From positions 47,741,808-47,805,807 of the forward strand of contig NC_057719.1 in assembly GCF_004010195.1 (NCBI RefSeq): 64,000 nt of DNA. The letters run 5' to 3'. Positions 48,911 to 62,039 of the stretch are shown piece after piece. Every line of letters begins with the position of its first letter. The first letter of the stretch is position 1. The translations under genes were made by a program, and so were the position numbers. This stretch comes from Chiloscyllium plagiosum (lineage: Eukaryota). The notes under the pieces were generated by a model, which ran no database searches, was not told the origin of the DNA, and saw nothing but the letters and a program-made list of their open reading frames with translations.

Positions 48911-51359
48911 GAGCCAGGTGAGGAGTGAGGAACGATAGCACCTTCTTTATTCAGCCCCTCGCAGCTGGCCACAAGAAGGTTCATCTAAAAAAGGAGGATC
49001 CTTTCCCTCATGGATACCTTTCTCAATTCCATTGTACTCATGCTGTTTGAGAAGTAGACTTCCTTAAGTTAATCAAAGAGTGAGTCTATTAGTTTAAAAA
49101 TGCAAGAGAATTTAAAATACCACAATATGCACGTAAGATTAGAAATGAGAAATGAATAAAAATATAACAGTTAAAAAGGACGTACAAATTGGTATTTTTT
49201 TAATTCTTGGGGAGTAGTGGTGAATTGTAGTGGCTGTTAAGTTGGGTGATTATGGTGGAGTTGGCTCTGGAAGTTGAACAATTGATTTGAAGATTCTGGG
49301 TTTTGCAGGTTTGCCAAGAGGAGTTGTCCTGCTTCCGATTTGGCAGCCATCTTTGATGATAACTTGTGTGTGAGAGAGAAAGCGTTTCCACTGTTTCCTT
49401 TATGACCAATGTTCTCCAGCTGTAGCCTTTGCAGTATACTCTAACCCAGTAGCACTAGAAAATTAAACTAGTTCAAATACACCAATGGTGCTTTTGGTTT
49501 TCAACTCCTCTTGTGTATTCCCAGATGGTGCGTAGGGGCCTGATTGGATAGGCTGGAGGAGCAAGCGTGAGGGAGTTGAGAGAATTAAAAGCAAAAATAA
49601 CTTTTCTGTGTATTAAAGAGAGAGAGAGGAAATAATTTCCTTGCTTTGGGATTAGTTTAAAAGAAAATCTTTTTGGAGTTGCGTTTCTTTTCCTGTTTCC
49701 AGCAGAAAAAGAAAGTACGAGAAATGATTCTGGAGATGAGGGAAATGGCGGGGGAGTGGGATTAGCTGAGTCATAATTGCAGAGAGCCTGCACAGACAAA
49801 GAAGCTGAATGACTGCTCTCTGTGCTGTTTCTATTCTAGGAATAGGATCTTTTGTCCAATGTAGAGCTGCCTTTAGAACTTACAAGGAGGTGAAGTAATG
49901 AAGTAACCAATTCCACAGCACTTTTTTGTGGTGGTCTTCTATAGCTCCAATGAAGTTATCATTTGCTCTATTAGTATCCCACATACAAAAAGTTTAGATA
50001 CTGCCAAAAATGTACATTGTACATTCGAGAGAATGACAGCTGACAGTTGCTGCGTATCCTTGGATACTGACCTCAGAGCAATACATGTTGGTACAATGCT
50101 CCTCAATTAGAAACTCTCTTATATTTAGGGTCTCATGACAACAAAGCTGTGGGCAGTTTTCTCCTCTGCTTGGACATTAGTACAGCTGTGCCTACATGCC
50201 ACTCCTAACTTCTTGTATTTTGTTGCATCACATCCTTCCTGATGCTGTCTAATTTTGTCTCAGTAAAAGCCTGATCGGTGTGTGGGTGCAATAAAGCAGC
50301 TGATGCAGAAAATGGCATTCAAGACTTTGGAAAATAGGTAGGACCAGGCCCCAGGGGTTCCTTCATCCTCCTCCTCATGATTGTCAGAGTCAACAAGGAA
50401 GAAATTTGTGTCTTATTCTCTTGTTGCTGTTCCACTTCTTTTCCCTGTTGTGTATGGTAAATTTATAGGCGAGTTCAAGCTCAGAATGAATTATTACTGT
50501 CTGATTGGGAGTCAGGGGACAAAGAAAGGGTCGAAGTTTGTAACAGTTATTCACAGGAATCCTGCGGTAATAGTAGAAGTTTGTAATCTGATGTCGGCAA
50601 TATTTCTGTAATCTCACCATATCAGATATGAAGGTCAACATGGAGATCCTTTGATCTCCATGATCACCTCCCTGTAAACTATGGGTTGCTTCAGGTTGGT
50701 GGCCCGCCTCCCTCACGTTATACGATACTTCTTCCAGAAATTATTAAGTGCAAGTACATGTTCAGCTGTTACACATGTAGCTGGTGTGGGAATGGATTTG
50801 AGAAATGTGGTGGTACCTTAACTGGAGGAAGGGATTTTAAGATTATGTTTTTCAGGTAATTGATGTTTGATTCTTGAAGGAGTCTGTGGTGATAGTGGGC
50901 ACTTCGATAACCATAATCTAGGATCTTTAGTTAACATGTTAATTATTTGAGTACATAACAGAAGTTTAGTCATTTAACTCTTCCTTTGAGCCTGAAGGGT
51001 ATGCTGGTCAGAAGGAAGATGGAGCAAGTGCAATAATTTGTACTCCTCAATCATGTCGATGAATTTTTGTGCCACTGGTTTGCAGTCCCAGGAGTGAGGA
51101 ATTGGCACTTCCTGCTAGTGCTACTTTCACCACATGGCACAACCTGTATTTTTGTGGTCACCTGGCATGGACATCCCAGTAGTCTGTGTTGCTTGAGCTT
51201 AACTTTATTCAGGAGGGTTTGCAAGTCTGTGTTCAAGAAATTGCAGCCATTTTTTTTCCTTTACCTCTGTTTTGCCCGATTCAGCTAAGTTAGCCAATCA
51301 TAGTTCCTTAATTAGATGCTGATTACCCCATGCACTTCTCCAATCTTCAGCTAGAATTT

Positions 51360-52670
51360 GGCAGTAATCCTGAGGGACAGGACTTACATGTATTTGGAAA
51401 GGCAAGAACTGATTAGGGATAGTCAACATGGCTTTGTGTGTGGGAAATCATGTCTCACAAACTTGATTGAGTTCTGTGAAGAATTAACAGAGAAGATCAA
51501 TGAGGGCAGAGCGGTGGACGTGATCTATATGGACTTCAGTAAGATGTTCAACAAAGTTTCCCATTGGAGATTGGTTAACAAGGTTAGATCTCATGGTATA
51601 GAGGGAGAACTAGCCATTTGGATACAGAACTGACTCGAAGGTAGAAGACAGAGGATGGTGATTCAGGGTTGCTTTTCAGACTGGAGGCCTGTGACCAGTG
51701 GAATACCACAAGGATTGGTGCTGGGTCCACTACTTTTCATCATTTATATAAATGATTTGGAAGTGAATATAGGAGGTATAGTTAGTAAGTTTGTAGATGA
51801 GACCAAAATTGGAGATGTAGTGGACAGCGAAGAAGGTTACCTCAGAGTACAATGGAATTTTGATCCAATGGGCTGAGGAGTGGCAGATGGAGTTTAATTT
51901 AAATAAATGTCAGGTGCTGCATTTTGGGAAAGCAAATCTTAGCAGGACTTATACACATAATGGTAAGATCCTAAGGAGTGTTGCTGAACAAAGAGATTTT
52001 GGAGTGCATGTTCATAGTTCCTTGAAAGTAGACTTGCAAGTAGATAGGATAGTGAAGAAGGCATTGGTCAGAGCATTGAGTATAGGAGTTGGGAGGTCAT
52101 GTTGTGGCTGTACAGGACATTGGTTAGGCCCCCTTTGGAATATTGCATGCAATTCTGGTCTCCATCCTATCAGAAGGATGTTCTGAAACTTGAAAGTGTT
52201 CAGAAAATATTTACAAGGATGTTACCAGGTTTGGAGGATTTGAGCTATAGGGAGAGGCTGAACAGGCTGGGGCTGTTTTCCCTCGACTGTCGGAGGCTGA
52301 GGGGTGACCTTATTGAGGTTTATAAAATCATGAGGGGCATGGATAAGATAAATAGATAAGGTCTCTTTTTTTTGGGTTGGGGGAATCCAGAACTAGACTT
52401 TAGGGTGAGAGGGGAAAGATATAAAAGGGACCTAAGGGGCAACTTCTACACACAGAGGGTGGTACATGTATGGAATGAGCTGCCAGAGGAAGTGGTGGAG
52501 GCTAGTACATTTGCAGCATTTGAAAGGCAATTTAATGGGTATATGAATAGGAAGGGTTTAGAGGGATATGGGCCAAGTGCTGGCAAATGGGGCTAGGTTA
52601 GGTTAGAATATCTGGTTGGCATGGACGAATTGGACTGAAGGGTCTGTTTCTATGCTGTACTTTTCTATAA
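51360..52670 (+). mobile_element. CR1-clade LINE 3' fragment
   Basis: SQHGF..GKSCLTNL, YMDFSK, GIPQGLVLGP and LESVQKIFTRMLPG motifs. Confidence 0.92.
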
Positions 52671-54577
52671 AGGCTGTATATTAATTTCCATACAGCCATG
52701 CACAATTCTTCTGTTTTTTGTGAATCACTGCAACAGTGGATTTGCTAATGAACATTCCAAGGAAGTTCTTATGTAAATGCCCCTTAAGAATATCTTGAGG
52801 CTACAATATCTTCTGCAGAGAAGTGTCGACATGCAATCCAGGTCTGCCTGTTCCTGTGCAGTGTGCTATCTTTGTGGTGTATTCTGTTGCTTTTGTTTCT
52901 GTTCTGTAAAGGCATTACCTCCTACTTTTCTGAATTGAATTCCATTTGCCACGTTTCTGCCCATCAGACCAGCCCACAGATAGCCTCCTGCAGCTTGCAG
53001 CTTTCTTCCTTACAGCCAGTCTCATGCCATCTACAAACATCTTCAATCATCTTCTTCTTAAATGGAGCATCATTGAGTCTTAATCATTGATATATCGTGC
53101 AATGCCTCTGTCCCTGTTCCTGGGCCAACCTTCTCAGATGTGTGTCCTAGCATGTCTGAACAGGTTAAGTTTTAAAAAATCGATGTCATGCTGAACCCTG
53201 CGGAATGCTTCTCAAGGTATTTTTAATCACTTACTTACACATTTCTGGTGCAGGTGGAACTTTAAACTGGGCCTAGGTTAGGGACAGTATCACTGTGCCA
53301 CAAGAACCCCCAGAATGTCCCTAGAAGTGGTCTTCCAGTCACAGAAACACCTGTCAACCATTATCATTTGCTTCCTGCAACTGAGCTGATTTTGAATCCA
53401 ATTTGTGACTTGCCCACGCATCTAAGTTTTTAATATCCTGAGTAATTTGCCATGTGCAATCTTCTCAAAAGCTTTGCTAAAGTCCATGTACACTATATCA
53501 AACATACTGTCCTCATTGACACTTCTTATTACCACCTCAAAAAAAATGCAAATGCAAGTGAAACATGACCTTAGTAAATCCATTTAAATGTCCCTGAATT
53601 ATTAATGCCTTTCCAAATATTTCCTCTTATGTTAATCCCATCCAATATTTCAGACTCAACCTGATTGATTATGCATCATTCCCCTCATCAATAAAGGCCA
53701 ACACATTGAGAACCATACCCTATGTTTTTCGCTTCTCCATGCAGGTGCCTTTTTTTTGGTCTTTACTTGGTCCTCATCTTTCTTTTGATATCCTGTTCTT
53801 CTTTGTGTATTTTCACAAGCTCTGAGACTTTGCCTTTGCCTTTTGTTTTTTCGCCAGTGCCTTTTCAGGACATCATGAAAACTGCCCAGCTTTCACTTTT
53901 TTTAACCGAGCAATTTTACACTTCAAGCTGAAAGATGAACCATTTTGACTTTACCGAGAGGGATTGCATTATTTTGTTCTCCCTCAGATATGTAAATCGA
54001 GTGAAAGATGTATTCGTTCATTAAATAGGCAAATTTAGAAGTTTAAAGATAGTATTAGATGCAAAAAAAGGCATAAAAATCGGTAAGAGCAAACAATGGA
54101 CCTGAGGATTGGGAACAGTTTAAAAGTCAGCACAGGAGGATCAAGGGATTGATTAAGAAGCAGTAAATAGAGTATGAGAGTAGGTTTGCAGGGAACATAA
54201 GAACTGATTGTAAAAGTTTCTATAGGTATGTGAAGAGAAAAAGGTTGGTGAAAACGAATGTAGGTGCCTTGTAAATGTCAATATGAAAGTAGTAGGGTAT
54301 TTTTTTTTGCCATTAATGCTTTGATCCTAATGGGGAGCACTGGTGGGAGATAAAAGCTAAGGTAGATTTCTGCTGTCAGGGTTGGGACTAATGGTGGAAT
54401 TGGTGTCCTTGATGTCAGGGAAGAGGTATAGGTTCATGATATGCCACCTTTTACAGGACAGTAACTAAATTGCAACACTCTCTGCATTCAATATTAGTAA
54501 GAAAATTTGAGCTAGTTTCCCAGTTGAATGAAAAATGATGTAAGGTTTTTCTGATCAGGTTAGATGAAAATCAGTAA

Positions 54578-55710
54578 TAGAGTCATAGAGATGTACAGCA
54601 TGGAAACAGACCCTTCAGTCCAACCCGTCCATGCTGACCAGATATCCCAACCCAATCTAGTCCCATCTGCCAGCACCCGGCCCATATCTCTCCAAATCCT
54701 TCCTATTCATATACCCATGCAGATGCCTTTTAAACGTTGCAATTGTACCAGCCTCCACTCTTCCTCTGGTAGTTCATTCCACACATGTACCACCCTCTGC
54801 GTGAAAACGTTGCCCATAAGGTCTCTTTTATATCTTTCCCCTCTCACTCTAAACCTATGCCCTCTAGTTCTGGATTCCCCGACCCCAGGGAAAAGACTTT
54901 TTCTATTTATCCTATCCATGCCCCTCATGGGTTTATAAACCTCTATAAGGTCACCCCTCAGCCTCCGACGTTCCAGGGACAACAGCCTCAGCCTGTTTAA
55001 TTTCTCCCTATAGCTCAAATTCTCCAATCCTGGCAACATCCTTGTAAATCTTTTCTGAACGCTTTCAAGTTTCACAACATCTTTCCTATAGGAAGGAGAC
55101 CAGAATTGCACACAATATTCCAACAGTGGCCAAACCAGTGTCCTGTACAACCGCAACATGACCTCCTAACTCCTGTACTCAATACTCTGACCAACAAAAG
55201 AAAGCATACCAAACACCTTCTTCACTATCCTATCTACCTGCATGCAATTAAGTGTAGAAATCCTGCTAAGATTTGCTTTCCCAAAATGCAACACTTTGCA
55301 TTTATCTGAATTAAACTCCATCTGCCACTTCTCAGCCCATTGGCCCATCTGATTAAGATCCCAATGTAATCTGGGGTAACCTTCGCTGTCCACTACACCT
55401 CCAATTTTGGTGTCAACTGAAAACTCACTAACTATACCACTTACGCTCACATCCAAATCATTTGTATAAATGGTGAAAAGTAGTGGATCCAGCACCAATC
55501 CTTGTGGCACGCCACTGGTCACAGGTCTCCAGTCTGAAATGCAACCTTCCATCAACACCCTCTGTCTTCTACCTTTTGAGTCAGTTCTATATCCAAATGG
55601 CTAGTTCTCCCTGTATTCCGTGAGATCTCACCTTGCTAACCAGTGTCCCATGGGGAACCTAGTTGAATGCCTTACTGAAGTCCATATTGATCACTTATAC
55701 TGCTCTGCAG
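54578..55710 (-). mobile_element. CR1-clade LINE 3' fragment just upstream of the W-exon
   Basis: ORFs 54707-55159 and 55166-55558. Confidence 0.92.
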
Positions 55711-55818
55711 CCAGAGGTGGCTTACATGGAGAATAGGTACTGGAATGATTTCTTCAGATGAAGAAGCTGTTTCTGTGGTATAAGTTTCACTTAATGTTGG
55801 CTAATTTTATTTTCACAG

Positions 55819-55990
55819 ATTTGTCATCGACGTGTGCTCTGGCCAGGATATTGTGTTTCATTTCAGTGCTCGTTTTAGGGAGGCTGGCTTTAATCAAGTA
55901 ATGGTTCGTAATTCCAGAATCAGTAATGATTGGGGTACAGAAGAAAGGGATGCACCAAGGTTTCCATTTAAATATGGAGAACGATTTGAA
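55819..55990 (+). CDS. LGALS3: Galectin CRD exon 2 (W-exon): FVIDVCSGQDIVFHFSARFREAGFNQVMVRNSRISNDWGTEERDAPRFPFKYGERFE
   Basis: 172 nt, between tttcacag and gtaagt, phases 2 to 0. Carries H-x-x-x-R, V-x-N and WGxEER sugar-binding motifs. Confidence 0.95.
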
Positions 55991-56284
55991 GTAAGTGAAA
56001 TACCCCTATTCCTGATGGCAGCTTTTTTTCTATTGAGTCCTAATGATATGCAAAACAATCTTTGAAGAAATGTTAGAAATGTGGCTTGAATTTATTTTAA
56101 ATTCGTACAGATAAAAGAAATAAACTGTGCAAAATAATTTGAATTTGTCAATTCTGGGGATTTTCTAGGACCTAGTGTTGTGCAACTTTGCCCATTTTTT
56201 TTTTGTTGGAATCATTCCACATTTATGCCAGCCCCTTAGGGGAGATTCTGTTATGGCTAAACATCCAAAGAGGCAATAGCCACA

Positions 56285-56599
56285 TTAGATTAGATCAGAT
56301 TACTTTACAGTGTGGAAACAGGCCCTTCGGCCCAACAAGTCCACACCGACCCACCGAAGCGCAAACCACCCATACCCTGACATTTACCCCTTACCTAACA
56401 CTACGGGCAATTTAGCATGGCCAATTCACCTGACCTGCACATCTTTGGACTGTGGGAGGAAACCGGAGCACCCGGAGGAAACCCACGCAGACACGGGGAG
56501 AATGTGCAAACTCCACACAGTCAGTCGCCTGAGGCGGGAATTGAACCCGGGTCTCTGGCGCTGTGAGGCAGCAGTGCTAACCACTGTGCCACCGTGCCG
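56285..56599 (-). mobile_element. tRNA-derived SINE (HE1/V-SINE-like), full length
   Basis: Reverse complement of the same family as 13595. Confidence 0.9.
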
Positions 56600-57228
56600 C
56601 TCAATTGAAACGGCCATGGCTCTTGCATGGTACAGAAGCTCTTACCCGACATGAAGGTGAAGGCTGAATGTTGTCGAGGTCTTGGTGCATTTGGATATGG
56701 ACTACTTCAGTCATGGAGGAGTTGGCCTTGTGCAGTAATCAGCAATCATCCTCACTTTAGACCCTCTGAAAGAAGGAATGTCATCAATGAGGAGTTGAGA
56801 TGTTTTCGTCCTGAATCCCACTGACTCCAGTTTTGCTGGGACTCCTTGATGCCAAATTCAGCCAATTGCTGCCTTCGTCATGGACAGTCACTCTTGCCTC
56901 ACTACTAGGATTCGGCCCCTTTGATCATGTTTTGGACAAAAGCTGTAATGAGGTCAGGAGCTGAGTGGCTCTGGAGGAACTCAAACTATATAGCAGGTTT
57001 TTGCTGAGCAGATGCTTAATAGCACTGACTACAACCTTCCTTCACGTTGTTGATCATTGAGAATAAACTGATAGGAGGTATCAGATTTGTTCGGCTTTTC
57101 ATGGGCAGCATCTACTTGGGCTATTATCCACATTGCTGGATACTTTAAATGGAAGTTTGGAAGTATCTAAATTTGTTGGCACTTTAACACAGCAAATAGA
57201 AATAAAATTGAATTCAGTAACTGTTGGT

Positions 57229-58228
57229 CATAGAGTCATAGAGATGTACAGCACAGAAACAGACCCTTCGGTACAACCCGTCCATGCTGACCAAATATCC
57301 CAACCCAATCTAGTCCCACCTGCCAGCACTCAGTCCATATCCCTCCAAACCATTCCTATTCATATACCCATCCAAATGCCTCTTAAATGTTGCAATTGTA
57401 CCAGCCTCCACCACTTCCTCTGGCAGCTCATTCCATACATGTACCACCGTCTGTATGAAAAGGTTGCCCCGTAGGTCTTTTTTATCTTTCCCCTCTCGCC
57501 CTAAATCTATGCCCTCTAGTTCTAGACTCCCCCACCCCAGGGAAAAGACTTTGTCTATTTATCCTATTCATGCCCCTCATGGGTTTATAAACCTCTATAA
57601 GGTCACCCATCAGCCTCCGACGTTCCAGGGACAACAGCCTCAGCCTGTTTAACTTCTCCCTATAGCTCAAATTCTCCAACCCTGGCAATATCCTTGTAAA
57701 TCTTTTCTGAACGCTTTCAAGTTTCACAACATCTTTCCGATAGGAAGGAGACCAGAATTGCACACAATATTCCAACAGTGGCCTAACCAATGTCCTGTAC
57801 AGCTGCAACATGACCTCTCGACTCCTGTACTCAATACTCTGACCAATAAAGGAAAGCATACCAAACGCCACCTTCACTATCATATCTACCTGCGACTCCA
57901 CTTTCAAGGAGCTGTGAACAAGGATCGGTGCTGGGTCCACTACTTTTTATCATTTGTATAAATGATTTGGATGTGAACATAGCAGGTATAGTTAGTAAAT
58001 TTGCAGGTGACACCAAAATTGGAGGTGTATTGGACAGCTAAGAAGGTTACCTCAGATTACGACGGGATCTTGATCAGATGGGCCAATGGCTGAGAAGTGG
58101 TACATGGAGTTTAATTAAGATAAATGGAAGGTGCTGCATTTTGGGAAAGCAAATCTTAGCAGGACTTATTCATTTAATGGTAAGATCCTAAGGAGTGTTG
58201 TTGAACAAAGAGACCTTGGAGTGCAGGT
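57229..58228 (-). mobile_element. CR1 insertion with inverted 5' part (57919-58228 on +)
   Basis: The plus piece ends ...ggagtgcaggt exactly where the minus piece begins tcacagctccttg... in family coordinates. Confidence 0.88.
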
Positions 58229-58277
58229 GGTAAACATAGAGTAGTTATGTATGTAAACTTACTTTCATTTTCTCCAG

Positions 58278-58427
58278 GTTCTGATTCTTGGTGAACCAAA
58301 CCAATACAAGTTGGCTGCAAACAATCAACATTTGTTGGAGTTCAAACGTCGTTACAAAACTTTGCAAGATGTTACAAAGGTTTCCACCTACGGTGAAATT
58401 GATCTACATGCAATGTTAATGATATAA
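58278..58427 (+). CDS. LGALS3: Galectin CRD last exon: VLILGEPNQYKLAANNQHLLEFKRRYKTLQDVTKVSTYGEIDLHAMLMI*
   Basis: ttttctccag acceptor, phase 0. KxAxNxxHLLxF and GxIDL motifs, TAA stop. Full protein about 219 aa. Confidence 0.92.
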   Translation, partial: VLILGEPNQYKLAANNQHLLEFKRRYKTLQDVTKVSTYGEIDLHAMLMI

Positions 58428-58914
58428 ACACCAAAAAAATTATTTGAATGTTATCTCCAGCACTTACTGAATATACATACATATATATTTTTCTGTTCAT
58501 TATTTTCTATCCAAACTAATGGCTGATTTGGATTGATTAAAAAGCTGTAACATAATTGAGTATTCCGACAGATTCCCAAACTTAGAATGAAGACTTTTAT
58601 TAATTGCATTTACTTTACAATTCTGCTATCATTGAATCTGTCTGAGAAAACCAGAGAGTTATTATAACAGGCCATTCAGACCATTGAGTCTATGGGAGTA
58701 TTTTCCCCAAATAAAATGGCTTGCTTTTCCTGCTTCTTGCTTGTTTTATTACTCTTTAATACTCCCCCTTCTCAGACAATATCTAATTGCTTTCAAAATG
58801 ACTCAAAGTTTTCTTCATGATTGAGGAAGTCACATTTCACACAGTACTTTTTTTTCCAATCCCTAATTTTCTTGTGTTTGTATTTGACCCTGTCTGCTCA
58901 AGTAATTCAACAGA

Positions 58915-59098
58915 GACAAAAAAAAACTGTAGATGCTGGAATCCAAAATAGACAGGCAAGCGGCTGGAAGAACACAGAAAGGCAGGCAACATCAGGAGGT
59001 GGAGAAGTCAACGTTGGTTACTCCCAAAATGTTGACTTCTCCACCTCCTGATGCTGTCTATCTTTGTGTGTTCTTCCAGCCTCCTGCCTGTCTATCTT
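58915..59098. repeat. Fold-back Penelope-tail derivative (arms 58948-59015 and 59028-59095)
   Basis: Imperfect ~68-bp inverted repeat of the gatgctg...ttccagc tail family. Confidence 0.75.
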
Positions 59099-59904
59099 AA
59101 TAATTCATCAACCAATACAACCAATTTGTTTTTACATATCTTTATTGTTAACCCTATAAGACTGTGAACACCTTTTATTAGGCCATTTCATAAGCTTCTC
59201 AACTACAAGGTGTAAAATGCTAAATTCTCAAGAATTATATCTTCATAATTGGAATTGAAACCTAGCATCATTTCAGTGAATTTATGTTGCATATCTTCCC
59301 TTATTCCCATTTCTTTATATCTTTGCAACTATACACGGTACACCACCTACAGCTTATATATTTATTCATCCAAATCCTCAGATTGGAGCTGGAGCTGACT
59401 CCAAAACAGCTATTCCTTTCTAAAATGTGTGAAGCTTTGTAGCTTTGTGTAGTCCATCATATACCCACTAATCACCCTGACGGATGACCACCTCCCACCC
59501 CACCCCACCCCACCCCCATACACCAAGCACTCTCATTTTTAGGTACCCCACTCACTTCCCCATCTGTCCCATCACTCCCCCCGCTCACTCCCCAGGGCCT
59601 TCGGATGAATCCTTCCTGACATACGGCAGTAAGTACAAGAACAAACGTGTAAGTTTTGGCCTACCAGGTTGCTCCTCTGCTAAGTGGACCCTCTCCCCAG
59701 TTTTCACTGATGCATGCATTTGGGAGTGGCCAGACTCTGAAATTAGCCAGATAAACCATTAAAAGGTAAATGGGTGACAAATAGAGAATTATTGTCAATC
59801 AAACCTGCTCCAACTCTAATCTGAAAATCTGGGCCAATACTGTGATTTAAAATTGAGGAATTGATTATGTGTGTAATTTGACCAAACTTTATATTTACTG
59901 ATGC

Positions 59905-59944
59905 AATAAATAAAACTGAACAAATTATTTTGTGTGTATGTGTT
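59905..59944 (+). terminator. Candidate distal polyadenylation signal for the galectin gene
   Basis: Overlapping AATAAATAAA followed about 20 nt later by a T/GT-rich tract. Weaker proximal candidates are ATTAAA at 58536 and AATAAA at 58710. Confidence 0.4.
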
Positions 59945-62039
59945 AGAACCTTTGTAGGAGGATTACACTGTCACTGTAATCTCATGATTGCATGGGTCAC
60001 ATTACAAAACAAAAATACTTTATCAAATAATCAAGCTGACCAATGAAATATCTTCTCTGGTTTTAAACAATAAAATCTATTAACCAAATTTCTTAAACAT
60101 AATTATTTGTAATAAACCAAACGGAAGTTGTTTAATGAAGGTACAATAATTGGGTAATGTACATAGTTTGTAATACAGTAATTGAAATACATTTCCCTTC
60201 TAAATATTTCCAAAATACAAACAAACCACACACTTTTCAAGGGAAAAAACGTTTTTCCACAGAGACCGGCCCATGTGTTTTTCAGTAAAGCCAATGGTTT
60301 ATCGTCCTTGAAGACAAAAGGATAAAGCAGAGAATATTACAGATCCTGTTGCTGTGATGTTTTGACATATGGCAAAATCACTAATTATGCACTGAGCTCA
60401 ACAAGGCTGGTAGTATCTGTGACAAGAGAAAGAAAGTTAATGCTTCAAATCCATAAGACTCAGCTTTATAGCTGAGAATTGACTGTCCACAGTATCCATT
60501 GCCTTCAGTTGTATTTTGATATCACATGGAGTGAATTGAATGGGCTCAAGACTGGGCATCTGTCATGCTGGAGGAGGCTAAGGTGTTGCAAATACTTCAG
60601 CCTCATCATTTGCAGTGATGCTTTGGATGCTTCCATCATTGAGAATGTGGATATTTGTGGAGCATCTTCCAATGAGTTGTTTAATTGTCCAAAACCATTC
60701 ATTAGAGAATATGGCAGAACTATAGCTCTTATATCTGACATATTCATTGTGAAATCCCTTAGTTCTATTTAATATTTGCTGCTTATGCTCTCTGGTATGC
60801 ACATAGTCCTGCTTTGTAGCTTTACAGTAATCCCTCCTGCACTTTTCAATGAACCAGTGTTGATCCTGTGGCTTGATCATAATGATGGAATGGGGGATTT
60901 GTGGGGCTATAAGTTTGCAGATTGTGTTGAGTATGCTGCTGTTGTTGATGACTCACAGCATCTCATGGATGCCTAATCTTGAGTTGCTCGATTTCTTCTG
61001 AATTTGTCTAATTTAGCATAGTGGAGGGTATGCTCAATGTGAAGGAATGACTGTTTCCACGAAAACTATGTAGCGGTTACTCTTACCAGTACTTTCATGG
61101 ACAGATGCATCTGCAGCTGGCAGATTGGTGAGGGTGAGGTTAAGGATGTCTAACCCTCTTGTTGATTCCTTCACCTCCTGCCGACCAGTCTAGCAGCTGT
61201 GTCCTCTAGGATTTGACAAGTTCAATCGGTAGTGCTGCTGGTGGCGGACATTGAAGTACCCCACCTAGAGTACATTCTGCGTCCTTGCCATCTCCTCTGT
61301 TTTTCCTGTAGATAGTAGTCAACATGAAGCAATACTGATTCATCACCCAAGGGAAGACACTGCATGGTAACAGCAGGAGATTTTCTTGCCCGTGTTTGAC
61401 TTGATGGTCTGAATCAATCACAGGGTAACGTCTCTCTATCTTTTGTGCTACTACTGCTGGGTCTGTCCTGCTGTTTGGAAGGGCTGGCAGTATTGGTATC
61501 TGAGACATTGTAAGGTATGATTCCATTGGTATGACTGTGTCTTACCCTTACGTGATGAGTCTATGAGAAACAGCTCTCTCAAAACTTGGTACAACCACCC
61601 CCTACCCTCCAAAAGCATTGGTAAGGAAGACTTTACAGGATCAGCAGGGCTGAATTTACAGTTGCTGTTCCTGGTACCTTGGTTGATGCCAAGTGGTCCA
61701 CCGAAATACTTTTTAACAGTTGGGTGAAATTGAAAGGCTTATTAGATCATCTGAGAGTCAACCAGTCAATATCAATAGGTGGGTTTTCACGGTCATCATT
61801 AAACTTGAATTCCAGATTTTTAAAAAAGAATTATCGTTCTCAATCTGCTGTAGTAGGATCCGTGCCAGGTTCCCAGGTCATTACCTGGATCTCTAGATTC
61901 CTTGACCAACGACAATACCATGACAACAACATTGCTGATATCTGCCACCTCCTTCCAGAAGAGCAGGGAGCCTGCATAACTAGTGCTACTCAAGACCAGC
62001 ACAGACCAGAATCTCTTCTTTGGCTCCTCCCAAGAATTT

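Noticed and set aside
49850..51250. Possible host exon or ORF (50390-50716)
   Set aside because: No splice-consistent reading. It loosely resembles a decayed Penelope 5' region but is too degenerate to call.
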